The notes under the pieces are model-generated. The model worked only from the letters and a program-made list of their open reading frames with translations, did not search any database and had not been told where the DNA came from. Shown here one piece after another: positions 35,797 to 48,733 of a stretch of DNA of 64,000 nt. The stretch comes from Bacteroidales bacterium (lineage in GTDB: Bacteria > Bacteroidota > Bacteroidia > Bacteroidales > UBA7960), in assembly GCA_003560165.1 (NCBI GenBank), contig PWJC01000018.1:1987-65986 (forward strand), given 5' to 3'. The stretch's first letter is position 1; each line of letters begins with the position of its first letter. Made by a program: the position numbers and the translations under genes.

Positions 35797-38277
35797 ATGG
35801 CCGAAGAAAACAAAATAACCGGTTCTCCGGAAGAAAAGCCTGTAGTAAAAACCACCGAACAGGCAAATGAGCCCAAAGCCGATAAGGATGAACTCAAGAT
35901 CGAGGATCCGCAAAATCCCATTGCAGTCGATGAGGTAATCCAGCCAAATGAAGAAACCGCATTCCCCGAGCAGGTACCCGGTGAATTTGACTGGGATTCA
36001 GTAGACAAAAAGCAAGAGGTTTATACCGATTCTGAAAGGCAGCGGCTCGAAAGCCTCTATGAAGAAACCCTGAAATCCATTGGCGAAGGAGAGGTGATCG
36101 ACGGGAAGGTGGTATCCAAAAATCCGCGGGAGATCGTTGTGAACATTGGTTTTAAGTCGGACGGGGTTATTCCGGCTGCCGAACTCAGATACAATCCCGA
36201 GCTGAAAGTTGGCGATGAGATCGAGGTTTATGTGGAAAGCCAGGAAGACAGTACCGGACAGCTGGTGTTGTCACACAAAAAAGCCCGTACCCTCAGGTCG
36301 TGGGAGCGAATCAACAAGGCCATGGACAACGATGAGATCATCAAGGGCCTGGTCAAGTGCCGCACAAAGGGCGGACTAATTGTTGATGTCTTTGGCATTG
36401 AGGCCTTTTTGCCGGGTTCGCAGATTGATGTGAAACCCATACGCGATTACGACATCTATGTTGGCAAGACCATGGACTTCAAAGTGGTCAAGATCAACCA
36501 CGAATACAAGAATGTTGTGGTTTCGCACAAAGCCCTGATCGAGGCCGAGCTGGAAATCCAGAAGGCCGAGATCATCGCCAAGCTTGAAAAAGGACAGATC
36601 CTCGAAGGTACGGTGAAAAACATCACTTCCTATGGTGTATTTGTCGATCTTGGGGGTGTGGACGGATTGGTACATATCACCGACCTTTCCTGGGGCCGGA
36701 TCAACCACCCCGAAGAGATCGTCAACCTGGACGAGAAGATCAATGTGGTGATCCTGGACTTCGATGAGAACAAAAAACGCATTGCACTGGGCCTGAAACA
36801 ACTTACCCCCCATCCGTGGGATTCGCTCGACCCCGAACTGAAAGTGGGCGACAAGGTAAAAGGCAGGGTGGTCGTAATTGCCGATTATGGTGCTTTCATC
36901 GAGATTGCTTCCGGAGTGGAAGGCCTGATTCATGTATCCGAAATGTCGTGGTCGCAGCATCTGCGTACAGCCCAGGATTTCCTGAAGGTTGGCGATGAAG
37001 TGGAGGCAGAGATCCTCACCCTCGACCGTGAGCAAAGGAAAATGTCTCTGGGCATCAAGCAACTCATCACCGATCCGTGGGAGAACATTCATGAAAAATA
37101 TGCTCCGGGGTCAAAAACCACCGCCACGGTGCGCAACTTTACCAATTTTGGAATTTTTGTGGAACTCGAAGAAGGAGTGGATGGTCTCATCCACATCAGT
37201 GATCTTTCGTGGAGCAAGAAAATCAAGCATCCTGCCGAATTTACCAAGATCGGCGAAAGTATCGAAGTGGTGGTGCTTGATGTTGACAAGGAAAATCGCC
37301 GTCTTAGCCTGGGGCACAAACAGCTGGAAGAAAATCCATGGGATGTATTCCAATCGGTTTTCACCATCGACTCGGTACACCAGGGAACCATAGTGGGCAC
37401 TTCAGATAAGGGGGTGATCGTTGCCCTTCCTTATGGAGTGGAAGGTTTTGCCCCCACCAGGCATATTGTAAAAGAGGACGGTTCTACGGCCAAGATGGAC
37501 GAAACCCTCGATTTCAAAGTAATCGAGTTCAACAAGGACAGCAAGAAAATTGTTGTTTCACACACTAAGGTTTTCCAGGACGTTAAATATGCTGAAAAGG
37601 CTTCTGAGTCTGCCGAAAGAAAGACCAGGGAAAAGACCACAAAAAAAACAGTGAGAAAAATGAAGGATAGCCTGGAGAAAACCACCCTGGGCGATCTGGA
37701 TGTGCTGGCAAACCTGAAGTCGGAGTTCGAAAAAACTGAAAAATCCGAACAGTCGGCCAAGCGGGAAGAAGCGATCAAGAAACTGGAATCCAAGGAGGAG
37801 CCCAGGGAAGAACCCAAGGCAGAAACCAAGGAGGGACCCAAGGCAGAGGCCAGAGCAGAACCCGAGGCAGAGGTTAAGGAAGAACCCAGGGAAGAGCCCA
37901 AGGCAGAACCCAAGGAGGAACCCAAGGAGGAACCCAAGGAAGAACCCAAGGCAGAAACCAAGGAGGAACCCAAGGCAGAAACCAAGGAGGAACCCAAGGC
38001 AGAGGCCAAGTCCGAAGCTGAGGCAGAGGTTAAGGAAGAACCCAGGGAAGAACCCAAGGCAGAAACCAGGGAAGAAATCAAAGAAATAACTCCGAAAGAG
38101 GCCTCCAAAAAAGCCCTGAAAACAGCCAGGGAAAAGAAAGCTCCGGCAACCGGAGCTGGCAAGGAGGAGAAGAAGACGAAAAAAGAGGCTGAAAGCAAGG
38201 ACAAAAAGGGCCCGGAAACAGAAGGAGACAAGGAGAAAAAAGGCCCGGAAACAGAAGGAGAGGAGAAGCCAGGCTAA
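35797..38277 (+). CDS. rpsA: 30S ribosomal protein S1 with N-terminal acidic and long C-terminal K/E/P-rich repeat extension
   Basis: There are six S1/OB repeats (e.g. [96 protein letters not shown]). Length is 826 aa versus about 600 typical for the phylum. Confidence 0.95.
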   Translation: MAEENKITGSPEEKPVVKTTEQANEPKADKDELKIEDPQNPIAVDEVIQPNEETAFPEQVPGEFDWDSVDKKQEVYTDSERQRLESLYEETLKSIGEGEVIDGKVVSKNPREIVVNIGFKSDGVIPAAELRYNPELKVGDEIEVYVESQEDSTGQLVLSHKKARTLRSWERINKAMDNDEIIKGLVKCRTKGGLIVDVFGIEAFLPGSQIDVKPIRDYDIYVGKTMDFKVVKINHEYKNVVVSHKALIEAELEIQKAEIIAKLEKGQILEGTVKNITSYGVFVDLGGVDGLVHITDLSWGRINHPEEIVNLDEKINVVILDFDENKKRIALGLKQLTPHPWDSLDPELKVGDKVKGRVVVIADYGAFIEIASGVEGLIHVSEMSWSQHLRTAQDFLKVGDEVEAEILTLDREQRKMSLGIKQLITDPWENIHEKYAPGSKTTATVRNFTNFGIFVELEEGVDGLIHISDLSWSKKIKHPAEFTKIGESIEVVVLDVDKENRRLSLGHKQLEENPWDVFQSVFTIDSVHQGTIVGTSDKGVIVALPYGVEGFAPTRHIVKEDGSTAKMDETLDFKVIEFNKDSKKIVVSHTKVFQDVKYAEKASESAERKTREKTTKKTVRKMKDSLEKTTLGDLDVLANLKSEFEKTEKSEQSAKREEAIKKLESKEEPREEPKAETKEGPKAEARAEPEAEVKEEPREEPKAEPKEEPKEEPKEEPKAETKEEPKAETKEEPKAEAKSEAEAEVKEEPREEPKAETREEIKEITPKEASKKALKTAREKKAPATGAGKEEKKTKKEAESKDKKGPETEGDKEKKGPETEGEEKPG
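37795..38075 (+). repeat. In-frame tandem repeats encoding (K/R)EEPKAE(T/P/A) units inside rpsA 3' region
   Basis: Repeated gaacccaaggaggaacccaaggcagaaaccaag units are present. The longer block [14 protein letters not shown] occurs twice, at about 37864 and about 38026. DKKGPETEG occurs twice further downstream. Confidence 0.85.
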
Positions 38278-38304
38278 GTCCCGACACTGTTTGATAGCTG
38301 CTTG

Positions 38305-38336
38305 GAAGGGTTGCTCCCGTATGGGGGCAACCCTTC
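38305..38336. terminator. Strong hairpin between convergent rpsA and oxidoreductase genes (possible bidirectional terminator)
   Basis: GAAGGGTTGC-tcccgtatgggg-GCAACCCTTC forms a 10-bp perfect stem, extendable through tccc/gggg. Flanking U-tracts are weak. Confidence 0.5.
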
Positions 38337-38338
38337 TG

Positions 38339-41302
38339 TCATTCTGGCTGCCAGGCCTGGGTACTCACCTTCAGTGCCTGGAACAAGACCACGGCCGGAT
38401 GAAAGGCGCGCCTGCCGGTCCCGTCAAGGATCTGCTGCCTGCAACTGGTTCCGGGTGCTGCAATTATGGCCTCGGGTCCGGCCGCCCTGATTGCCGGGAA
38501 TAATGACAACTCACCGATTTGCATGCTGATGGCATGGTGGTTCTTCTCATAACCGAAAGCCCCTGCCATACCGCAGCATCCGCATTGAATTTCCTCTACC
38601 GCCCCGTTGGCTGCCAGGCCCAACATCTTCAGCGAATAATTGGTCGACGACAATGCTTTCTGATGGCAGTGCCCGTGCAGGTAAATTTTTTCCGCTTTAC
38701 CCGGGAACCGGGAGGGATCGATGTTCCCTTTTTCGTATTCACCAACGATAAACTCATCGATGGTCAGGCAGTTTTTTGCCAGTGCCACTGCCTTCTCTTT
38801 CCAGGCTTGCCTTACCAGTTCAGGGTATTCATCGCGAAAGCAAAGGATGGCCGAAGGTTCTATGCCGATCAGCGGAATTTTGTCCGATACCAGGGGGAAA
38901 AGCAATTCCACGTTCTTTTCGGCAAGTTGCCTCGCTTTTTTCAACAGCCCTTTCGACAGGTATGCCCTTCCGCTTTCCCGGTGCCCGGGTATCTCTACCC
39001 TGTATCCCAAGTGGTGAAGCAAGCCGATAGATTGGATGCCTGTGGGGGTGTCGTTGTAGCTGGTAAACTCGTCACAAAACAGCAACACCCTTTTGCTGCC
39101 GTCCAGTAGGCCGTTGAGTCCGGGAAGGTTTTTGCTCCCCCAGCGTTCAAGGCTTTGTTTGTGCAGCAGCGGCAGCTTTCTTTCTTTTGCGAAGCCCAGC
39201 GCATATTTGATCAGAGCCGAGCTCAGGGGCCAGGTGGAAACTGCGTTGTACAAACCAGGCAGCCGGCTTCCTATTTTGCTCAGAAAGCCAAAAGCCCCGA
39301 TTGCCCTGGCCCGGAAGGGGGTCCTGTTGGCGTCATAGTATTGTTGCAGGGTCTCGGCCTTGTATTTTCCCATGTCTACGCTCGAAGGGCATTCGGCCTT
39401 GCATCCCTTACAGGAAAGGCAAAGATCCAGGACGTTGATTAATTCCCTGTGGTCGAACGGATTGTTCCTGCCGGAGTTGGTGATGAATTCCCTCAGCAGG
39501 TTTGCCCTGCCGCGTGTGTTGTCGTCTTCATTCCGGCTCGCATGATAGGACGGACACATTACTCCGCCGGCTTCCGGCGACTTCCGGCAGTCGCCGGAGC
39601 CATTGCATTGTTCCACTGCCCTTAAGAAACCCAGGGTCTTGTCGTAATCGAAATAAGTATCGATCTGTCGTATTTTCTGATCCGCTTTGTAACGAAGCGA
39701 GGTTTTCATGGAAGGGGAGGATACGATCTTGCCTGGGTTGAGCAGGTTCATAGGGTCCCAGGTGGCTTTGACCTGCCTGAGCAGTCCGGCATTCTTTTCG
39801 CCCAACACCAGGGGGATGAACTCTGCCCTGAGCCTTCCGTCGCCGTGTTCGCCGCTGAGTGATCCGCGGTACTTTTTTACCAGTAGGGCCGCTCCCCTGG
39901 CAACCTGATAGAATCGCTCAACATCTGCACTGCTTTTAAGGTTCACAATGGGGCGTATGTGGATCTCTCCCGAGCCGATATGCGCAAAAAACACGCATTT
40001 AAGGCTTAGCTTTTCCAGTATCCGGTTCAGTTCGCTGACGTAGGCAGGCAGGAGTTCGACGTGAATGGCGGCATCCTCAATAACTGCCACCGGTTTCGCA
40101 TCGCCTGGAATATTCGACAGCAGCCCCAGCCCGGCCTTGCGCAGGGCCCAGACCCTTTCGATGTCCTCGCCAAAAAGCCTGGGATAATGCGTGCCCAGCT
40201 TCTCGCGTCTCAGCTCTTCCTCCATGGCCCCGGCCCTGTCTATGGCCTCCTGGCGGTTTTGACACACAAATTCCACGACCATGATGGCGCCAGGATCGCC
40301 CTGGATGAAAAACCTGTTTTTGCTCTGTCCGATATTTGATCTGGTGCAATCGAGGATGACCCTGTCGATTAGTTCAACGGCAACAGGCTTGTGTTTGAGC
40401 GCCACCAGATTGGCCTGCAGGGCTTCTTCGATGTCCTTCACATGGACACAAACCAGGGCTTTTTCAGGGGGCGGCAGGGGAACCAGGTTCAGCTTGAAGG
40501 TGGTGTAAATGGCCAGGGTCCCCTCGGCACCGCAAAGCAATTTACAGAAATTGAATGCTTCCTTTCCTCCGAACACATCCGAATTGAGCAGCAGATCCAG
40601 TGCATATCCGGTATTTCTGCGGTTCAGCCTCGGGTCGGGATAATGTGCCCTGATCTCGGCCTGGTTTTCGGGGGCAGAAAGCAACCCGGACATTTGTCTG
40701 TAAATCCTGTTCTCCGTCTGGTTGCCTGCGCATTTATTGCGGAAGCCTTCCCGGTCGAGGGCAGAGAAAACCACTTCCGATCCGTCGTAAAGCAAGGCCT
40801 CTATTTCGAGGGTGTGATCGCGGGTGCTCCCGTATACCAATGAATGCGACCCGCAGGCATTGTTCGCGACCATCCCTCCGATCATGCAGCGGTTGGATGT
40901 AGAGGTTTCGGGTGCGAAAAAAAGTCCATGAGGTGCCAGGTAGCGGTTCAGGTCGTCGAGGATGACTCCCGGCTGCACCCTTACCCATTTTTCGGCGGTG
41001 TTGAGTTCGATGATGCTGTTCATGTAGCGGGAGCAGTCGACCACCAGCCCCTGACCAACAACTTGTCCGGCCAGGGAGGTTCCTGCGGTGCGGGGGATCA
41101 GCGGCAAGCGGTGATCAAGGCAGAATGCCAGTATCTGTTTCAGGTCTTTTTTATGGGCAGGGCGGCAAACAGCCAGGGGAACTTCCCTGAATACGGAAGC
41201 ATCGGTGGCGTACATCAGCCGCCACGAAAGATCGTGATAAAGATCGCCTTCGAGTGTTTCCTGAAGCGCGGAAAATGGAATGGCAGTTGAGTTTTCAGAC
41301 AT
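38339..41302 (-). CDS. FAD-binding (GlcD-like) and Fe-S (GlpC-like, CCG domain) fusion oxidoreductase
   Basis: An N-terminal FAD PCMH domain (PRTAGTSLAGQ) is followed by ferredoxin-like clusters (CNGSGDCRK..., CLSCKGCKAECP). The C-terminal Cys-rich CCG regions include CCGMAG. The start is at ATG 41302 (MSENSTAIPF...); the upstream 60 codons look non-coding. Confidence 0.85.
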   Translation of the reverse strand: MSENSTAIPFSALQETLEGDLYHDLSWRLMYATDASVFREVPLAVCRPAHKKDLKQILAFCLDHRLPLIPRTAGTSLAGQVVGQGLVVDCSRYMNSIIELNTAEKWVRVQPGVILDDLNRYLAPHGLFFAPETSTSNRCMIGGMVANNACGSHSLVYGSTRDHTLEIEALLYDGSEVVFSALDREGFRNKCAGNQTENRIYRQMSGLLSAPENQAEIRAHYPDPRLNRRNTGYALDLLLNSDVFGGKEAFNFCKLLCGAEGTLAIYTTFKLNLVPLPPPEKALVCVHVKDIEEALQANLVALKHKPVAVELIDRVILDCTRSNIGQSKNRFFIQGDPGAIMVVEFVCQNRQEAIDRAGAMEEELRREKLGTHYPRLFGEDIERVWALRKAGLGLLSNIPGDAKPVAVIEDAAIHVELLPAYVSELNRILEKLSLKCVFFAHIGSGEIHIRPIVNLKSSADVERFYQVARGAALLVKKYRGSLSGEHGDGRLRAEFIPLVLGEKNAGLLRQVKATWDPMNLLNPGKIVSSPSMKTSLRYKADQKIRQIDTYFDYDKTLGFLRAVEQCNGSGDCRKSPEAGGVMCPSYHASRNEDDNTRGRANLLREFITNSGRNNPFDHRELINVLDLCLSCKGCKAECPSSVDMGKYKAETLQQYYDANRTPFRARAIGAFGFLSKIGSRLPGLYNAVSTWPLSSALIKYALGFAKERKLPLLHKQSLERWGSKNLPGLNGLLDGSKRVLLFCDEFTSYNDTPTGIQSIGLLHHLGYRVEIPGHRESGRAYLSKGLLKKARQLAEKNVELLFPLVSDKIPLIGIEPSAILCFRDEYPELVRQAWKEKAVALAKNCLTIDEFIVGEYEKGNIDPSRFPGKAEKIYLHGHCHQKALSSTNYSLKMLGLAANGAVEEIQCGCCGMAGAFGYEKNHHAISMQIGELSLFPAIRAAGPEAIIAAPGTSCRQQILDGTGRRAFHPAVVLFQALKVSTQAWQPE

Positions 41303-41638
41303 CAGGTTCGGGATTAACAGGCTTGATTCACCTGAGCGTGAAGCCCAAAATGCGTTGGGATGGTCTGTGTAAATATACATGAATTTTTCTGTTCGATCCG
41401 GGTCAGTCGGGAAGTCGGAGGACGGAGGATGGCATGAAAGGAACAACAGAACGAGAGAACGAAGGAACGAAAGTAACTGCATTTCGACATTTCGACCCTT
41501 ATTTCAACTGTCAAAATCCGGAGCGTTGGTGCTAAATTTGATTATCTTCGTGGCAGAAACAACTTCCCGGGGCAGGTATCCATTGCGGTGTCCTCGCAGC
41601 CTGTACCATTGCCCGGGATGAAAGTGCGCTACCTGCCC

Positions 41639-45067
<3,429 letters not shown>

Positions 45068-45557
45068 TGGTTACGTATGGATTTGCAAGGCTGACCGAAA
45101 CGATGTGATGGGCAGTGTGTTCCAATTGCTGAATTTCGAAGAACAGCGTAAACCCACATTCAGCAGAGATCATGTGCAGTTCGCTTTGGTAAGTAACCCA
45201 GAGGGTGTCTGTTTCCCTGCCGAATGAAAGCACAAAAGCGGAAGTAGTTGCGGAAGGATTCAGGGGAAGCTCAACCAGCGAAACATCCTCTGCCATGTCG
45301 TAAATGGGTTGATCCTGCCTGCCCAGCCCGGCAATGCTCAGGGTGTCGATGGTGGCCGCGACCGGTTCTTCCTGGCCGGCCAGGAAGAACCTCATGCGCA
45401 ACTCATTGGCGGTGACTTCTCCGCATACCTCGTCGTCATGGCATGCCCACATGCCCATGCCAATCAATAGCATGAACAGCCACCTCAGATGCCGGATCAG
45501 GAGTTCAGGCCGTATTGGTCGTTGCATGAAAGCAAAATTAAGAAAAAAGCATCACTG

Positions 45558-46643
45558 TCAGTAAAACCCCAGATCGGCCGGAATGATGCCTGCACGCTGA
45601 CTCGATATGAGTAAGCCCTGGCTGCTGAAGCGCATGATGATCCCGGGCTGAACGTAGTCGATGGCATCGGTCACATAGATCTCGCCGCTGTCCGGGTCGG
45701 CCGAAAGACCGTAAAAACCCCTCCCTTTCGATGCAACAAACAACCTGGCCCCTGATTGGGGGTCGGCCGTTGACATGGAAAAAATATCCCTTCCTAAAAA
45801 GTAAAGGGTTTCTCCACAGGGGCTGATCTGCAGACGGGAGATCGGGTTCCCCACCTTCCCTAAGGGGTAGAATCCCAGTATTTCGAGATTCCGGGGTTCG
45901 ATCTGGTACAGGCCGGGCTGGCCTTTCAACATGGGCTCCCCCCCCGAAAGCACCCAAAGATAGCCGGCCGCATCGACCACCATCGATTGGGGGCCGGGTG
46001 GCAGGTGGAGGCTGTCGGTCAGGCGATCTGTTTCAGTATCTATGGCGTACAGATAGCCCGACCCCGTGCCTGCAACCAGGACCCGCTCGCCCAGCCTCAG
46101 CATGGCCTCCGTCCATCCCCTCATCGGTATCTGCCCTGTGATCTCCATGCCCTGCAGGTCTGCAATGCTCAACCCATTGCCATAGAGGTCGCTTACATAG
46201 GCCCTGGAAGCATTCACCGGCAAAAGGTAACGCGGCGACACCAGCCCGGTGATGGTGCCCTGGTGCTGGAAAGTGTGGGGATTGATGATCTCAATGGTTC
46301 CCGAATTGTTGATCACCAGATAGGCCAACCCGTTGTGGATGGTCATGGATTGGAACACATCGCCCAGAGGTTTGTTGTTGACCCGGCTATACAGATTATG
46401 GTAGATGCTGTCCGTTGTCTTGTCGTAATAGCTCAGGCTGGCATTTCCCCAGCCGAAATTTCCTTCGTTCACCACAAAGGCTCCCTGACCTTCCCGGATC
46501 CCAGGCAGTTCAGGGCCATTGTGTGCCGGGTCTTTTTCGCAGGAGAGCGAAAGAAGGCATAGAAGGAGAAGGCCGGAAGCCATGGCGATGAGCCCGGGGA
46601 GGGGTTGTTTTACCTGGCTGTTGCATGGAAGGGATGAGGTCAT
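45558..46643 (-). CDS. YncE-like/DUF5074-like beta-propeller surface lipoprotein
   Basis: Lipobox LLSLSC. Motifs GAFVVNEGNFGWGNASLSYYD and C-terminal IYVTDAIDYVQPG are typical of the DUF5074 'cell surface protein' group found beside TonB receptors. Confidence 0.6.
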   Translation of the reverse strand: MTSSLPCNSQVKQPLPGLIAMASGLLLLCLLSLSCEKDPAHNGPELPGIREGQGAFVVNEGNFGWGNASLSYYDKTTDSIYHNLYSRVNNKPLGDVFQSMTIHNGLAYLVINNSGTIEIINPHTFQHQGTITGLVSPRYLLPVNASRAYVSDLYGNGLSIADLQGMEITGQIPMRGWTEAMLRLGERVLVAGTGSGYLYAIDTETDRLTDSLHLPPGPQSMVVDAAGYLWVLSGGEPMLKGQPGLYQIEPRNLEILGFYPLGKVGNPISRLQISPCGETLYFLGRDIFSMSTADPQSGARLFVASKGRGFYGLSADPDSGEIYVTDAIDYVQPGIIMRFSSQGLLISSQRAGIIPADLGFY

Positions 46644-47671
46644 TGGTTCAGGTAGATGAATTTTTTTGAATAATGCTGTTTCCCGTCGCTCACATGCAGC
46701 AGGTAGAATCCGTCGGCAATCCGGAGTCGGGGGAAGCTGACCGTATGCATCCCGGCCCTGGGGATGGGGATGGTTTCCCGGTAGATCAACTGCCCGGCCG
46801 GATGAAACAAGCTCATGACCACACTTCCCTCTTTCGGGCTTTGTATCATGATGCGGCTGCCTTGACTGGCCGGGCTGGGCCTGATGCCTGCCCTCAGACC
46901 GGACTCCGGGGCCGCGGCCTGGTGAATGACCCCGATGGCGTCCAGATCGAAGCCGCCGGTGGGGAAAGGGGTTGGCCAGGGGTCGTTGATGATGTTGCCA
47001 TGGGTGTCGAAGGAAGCAAAGAGGGTGTCGATACTGCCAACAACGTCGACCACCCGCACATGGGTGATGCGGTTCACATCCAGGCCCGGGCTGCCCTTGA
47101 GGGTGTCCAGGTCGAAGGGGACCCCATAAAATACGCGGTATTTTCCGGCCAGGTTGTGAATCTTTTCAGCTTCCAGGGTCCCAAAGGCAGAAATCTGGGT
47201 GTCGGTCCGGGTTAACGAGGTGTTCGGGAACCTGACAAAATGCCTCCCGTCAGAGCTTACCTCCACAAAAGCCAATTCAAGAAAATAGTCATCAAAAGCA
47301 TTTTCAAAAACGGCAAAGTCCCAGCCAGGGCCATTGGCGATGGGCGGATCAAAGCCAAGTATTGCATAACCACCGTCCCCAAGGCTGAGTGTACCTCCTT
47401 CACCTGCCTTCCCGATTGCATCATTGCAGTCGCCTGCCGAAGCATACCCCAGCGAAGGCCTCGAAATGTCGATATAAGCTCGCCGGACCGCACATTCTGT
47501 TGCCCATCCCACAAAAACAGCAGAATCCTTGTGGATGGCTGTTGATCCGGGCCGTCCGGCCGGTGAAGAGAATTGCGCATAAAGCGTGTTGGAAAGCTGC
47601 AGGAACAGGCACGGAACCAGAATGGACCAGATCCATATCATCCGTTTGAGGTCAAGCGTTGTTTTTACCAT
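46640..47671 (-). CDS. Secreted protein of unknown N-terminal domain with T9SS type A C-terminal sorting domain
   Basis: It has a signal peptide. A roughly 250-aa domain (GDGGYAILGFDPPIANGPGWDFAVFENAFDDYFLELAFVEVSSDG) is followed by a CTD-like tail (...GFYLLHVSDGKQHYSKKFIYLNQ). There is a 4-nt overlap with the downstream gene. Confidence 0.55.
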   Translation of the reverse strand: MVKTTLDLKRMIWIWSILVPCLFLQLSNTLYAQFSSPAGRPGSTAIHKDSAVFVGWATECAVRRAYIDISRPSLGYASAGDCNDAIGKAGEGGTLSLGDGGYAILGFDPPIANGPGWDFAVFENAFDDYFLELAFVEVSSDGRHFVRFPNTSLTRTDTQISAFGTLEAEKIHNLAGKYRVFYGVPFDLDTLKGSPGLDVNRITHVRVVDVVGSIDTLFASFDTHGNIINDPWPTPFPTGGFDLDAIGVIHQAAAPESGLRAGIRPSPASQGSRIMIQSPKEGSVVMSLFHPAGQLIYRETIPIPRAGMHTVSFPRLRIADGFYLLHVSDGKQHYSKKFIYLNQ

Positions 47672-47695
47672 AATACGGGCTGTCCCGGGGCAGTG

Positions 47696-48733
47696 TTATT
47701 GCTTAATAATCCTTTTGGTATGCCGGTATTGCTCTCCCTCCAGGCTTAGCAGGTAGATGCCCGAAGGCAGACTGCTTAGGTCAATAGGTTGTTCCTGAGG
47801 CAGATGGCCCGACTGCATGAAACGCCCCGCACTATCTGTAACGCGGTAAGTGATACCCCCCTTACCAGCTGTTCCATCAATGGATACGCTGACGCCGTTT
47901 AAGAATGGGTTCGGATAGATGACCGCATCCTGCACCTGACTGATCCATGGGGATTGGGTGGTGTTTCCATCATCCATGGTGGTGATCTGTCCGATGCAGA
48001 TCAGGGCAGGTGTGTTCATCCCCCATTGGCCCACATCGGATGAACTAAGCCTGAGTTCCAGGCTGTCTGTTGCCCCGATCCCGTCAAGGGGGATGCGCTC
48101 CCAGGTATCAACGATGTAGTTTTTACGACTGTCTTCAAAGCGATAGTCTGCCAGGTAGAATTCCACCTTTTGGTCTTCCAGGGCCTCTCCATGGCGCCAG
48201 CCGACAAGGGTCAGCAAAAACCAATCGGGATCATTTCCGTCTTCACCTCCGAATTTTTTTGAGAACTCATCTCCGTTGAGCATAGCCAGGGCTGCGTAAG
48301 TGGTATTGCTTACCACCATGTCCTTCAGGGAACCTCCCTTTGCCGGACCCTTAGGAATAAGGAACAGGCTGTTGGCAAAGGTAAGCGGGTCGGACACATA
48401 GGCAACGGCATAATTCGTGTTCCCTTCGTAACCACCTCCGGTAACAACACTGTATTGATTGCCAATTCCGGGGGTTTCGTTATCTGTGGTGCTGGACAGT
48501 GAGAATCCACTCCAGCTGTAAAGTTCATCGGTCCACCAGGTGAAATAATTTGGAAAAAACAGATATCCGCTAACAAATCCTCCGGAACCATCCGAGCCAT
48601 TCCAGTAAGTTTCCGGCTCCAGTTCCATTTCGTCGAAATTGGCAACTGTCTGGGCAGTGAGTTGGCCGGTTGTTATGCTTATTGACCATAGCATAAGGGA
48701 CAACGCAATAATATGCGTGGTAAAGTTCGTCAT
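47696..48733 (-). CDS. DUF4465-like domain protein with T9SS type A C-terminal sorting domain
   Basis: YWNGSDGSGGFVSGYLFFPNYF...WSGFSLSSTTDNETPGIGNQYSVVTGGGYEGNTNYAVAYV matches my memory of DUF4465. The C-terminal VIYPNPF...GIYLLSLEGEQYRHTKRIIKQ is a T9SS CTD. There is a 4-nt overlap (ATGA) with the receptor gene. Confidence 0.6.
   Translation of the reverse strand: MTNFTTHIIALSLMLWSISITTGQLTAQTVANFDEMELEPETYWNGSDGSGGFVSGYLFFPNYFTWWTDELYSWSGFSLSSTTDNETPGIGNQYSVVTGGGYEGNTNYAVAYVSDPLTFANSLFLIPKGPAKGGSLKDMVVSNTTYAALAMLNGDEFSKKFGGEDGNDPDWFLLTLVGWRHGEALEDQKVEFYLADYRFEDSRKNYIVDTWERIPLDGIGATDSLELRLSSSDVGQWGMNTPALICIGQITTMDDGNTTQSPWISQVQDAVIYPNPFLNGVSVSIDGTAGKGGITYRVTDSAGRFMQSGHLPQEQPIDLSSLPSGIYLLSLEGEQYRHTKRIIKQ

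Noticed and set aside
41303-41482. 60-codon N-terminal extension of the FAD/Fe-S oxidoreductase ORF ([10 protein letters not shown]...)
   Set aside because: The extension runs into the GA-rich intergenic element and has no similarity to the FAD-domain N-terminus. The internal ATG at 41302 gives a typical start (MSENSTAIPF...).
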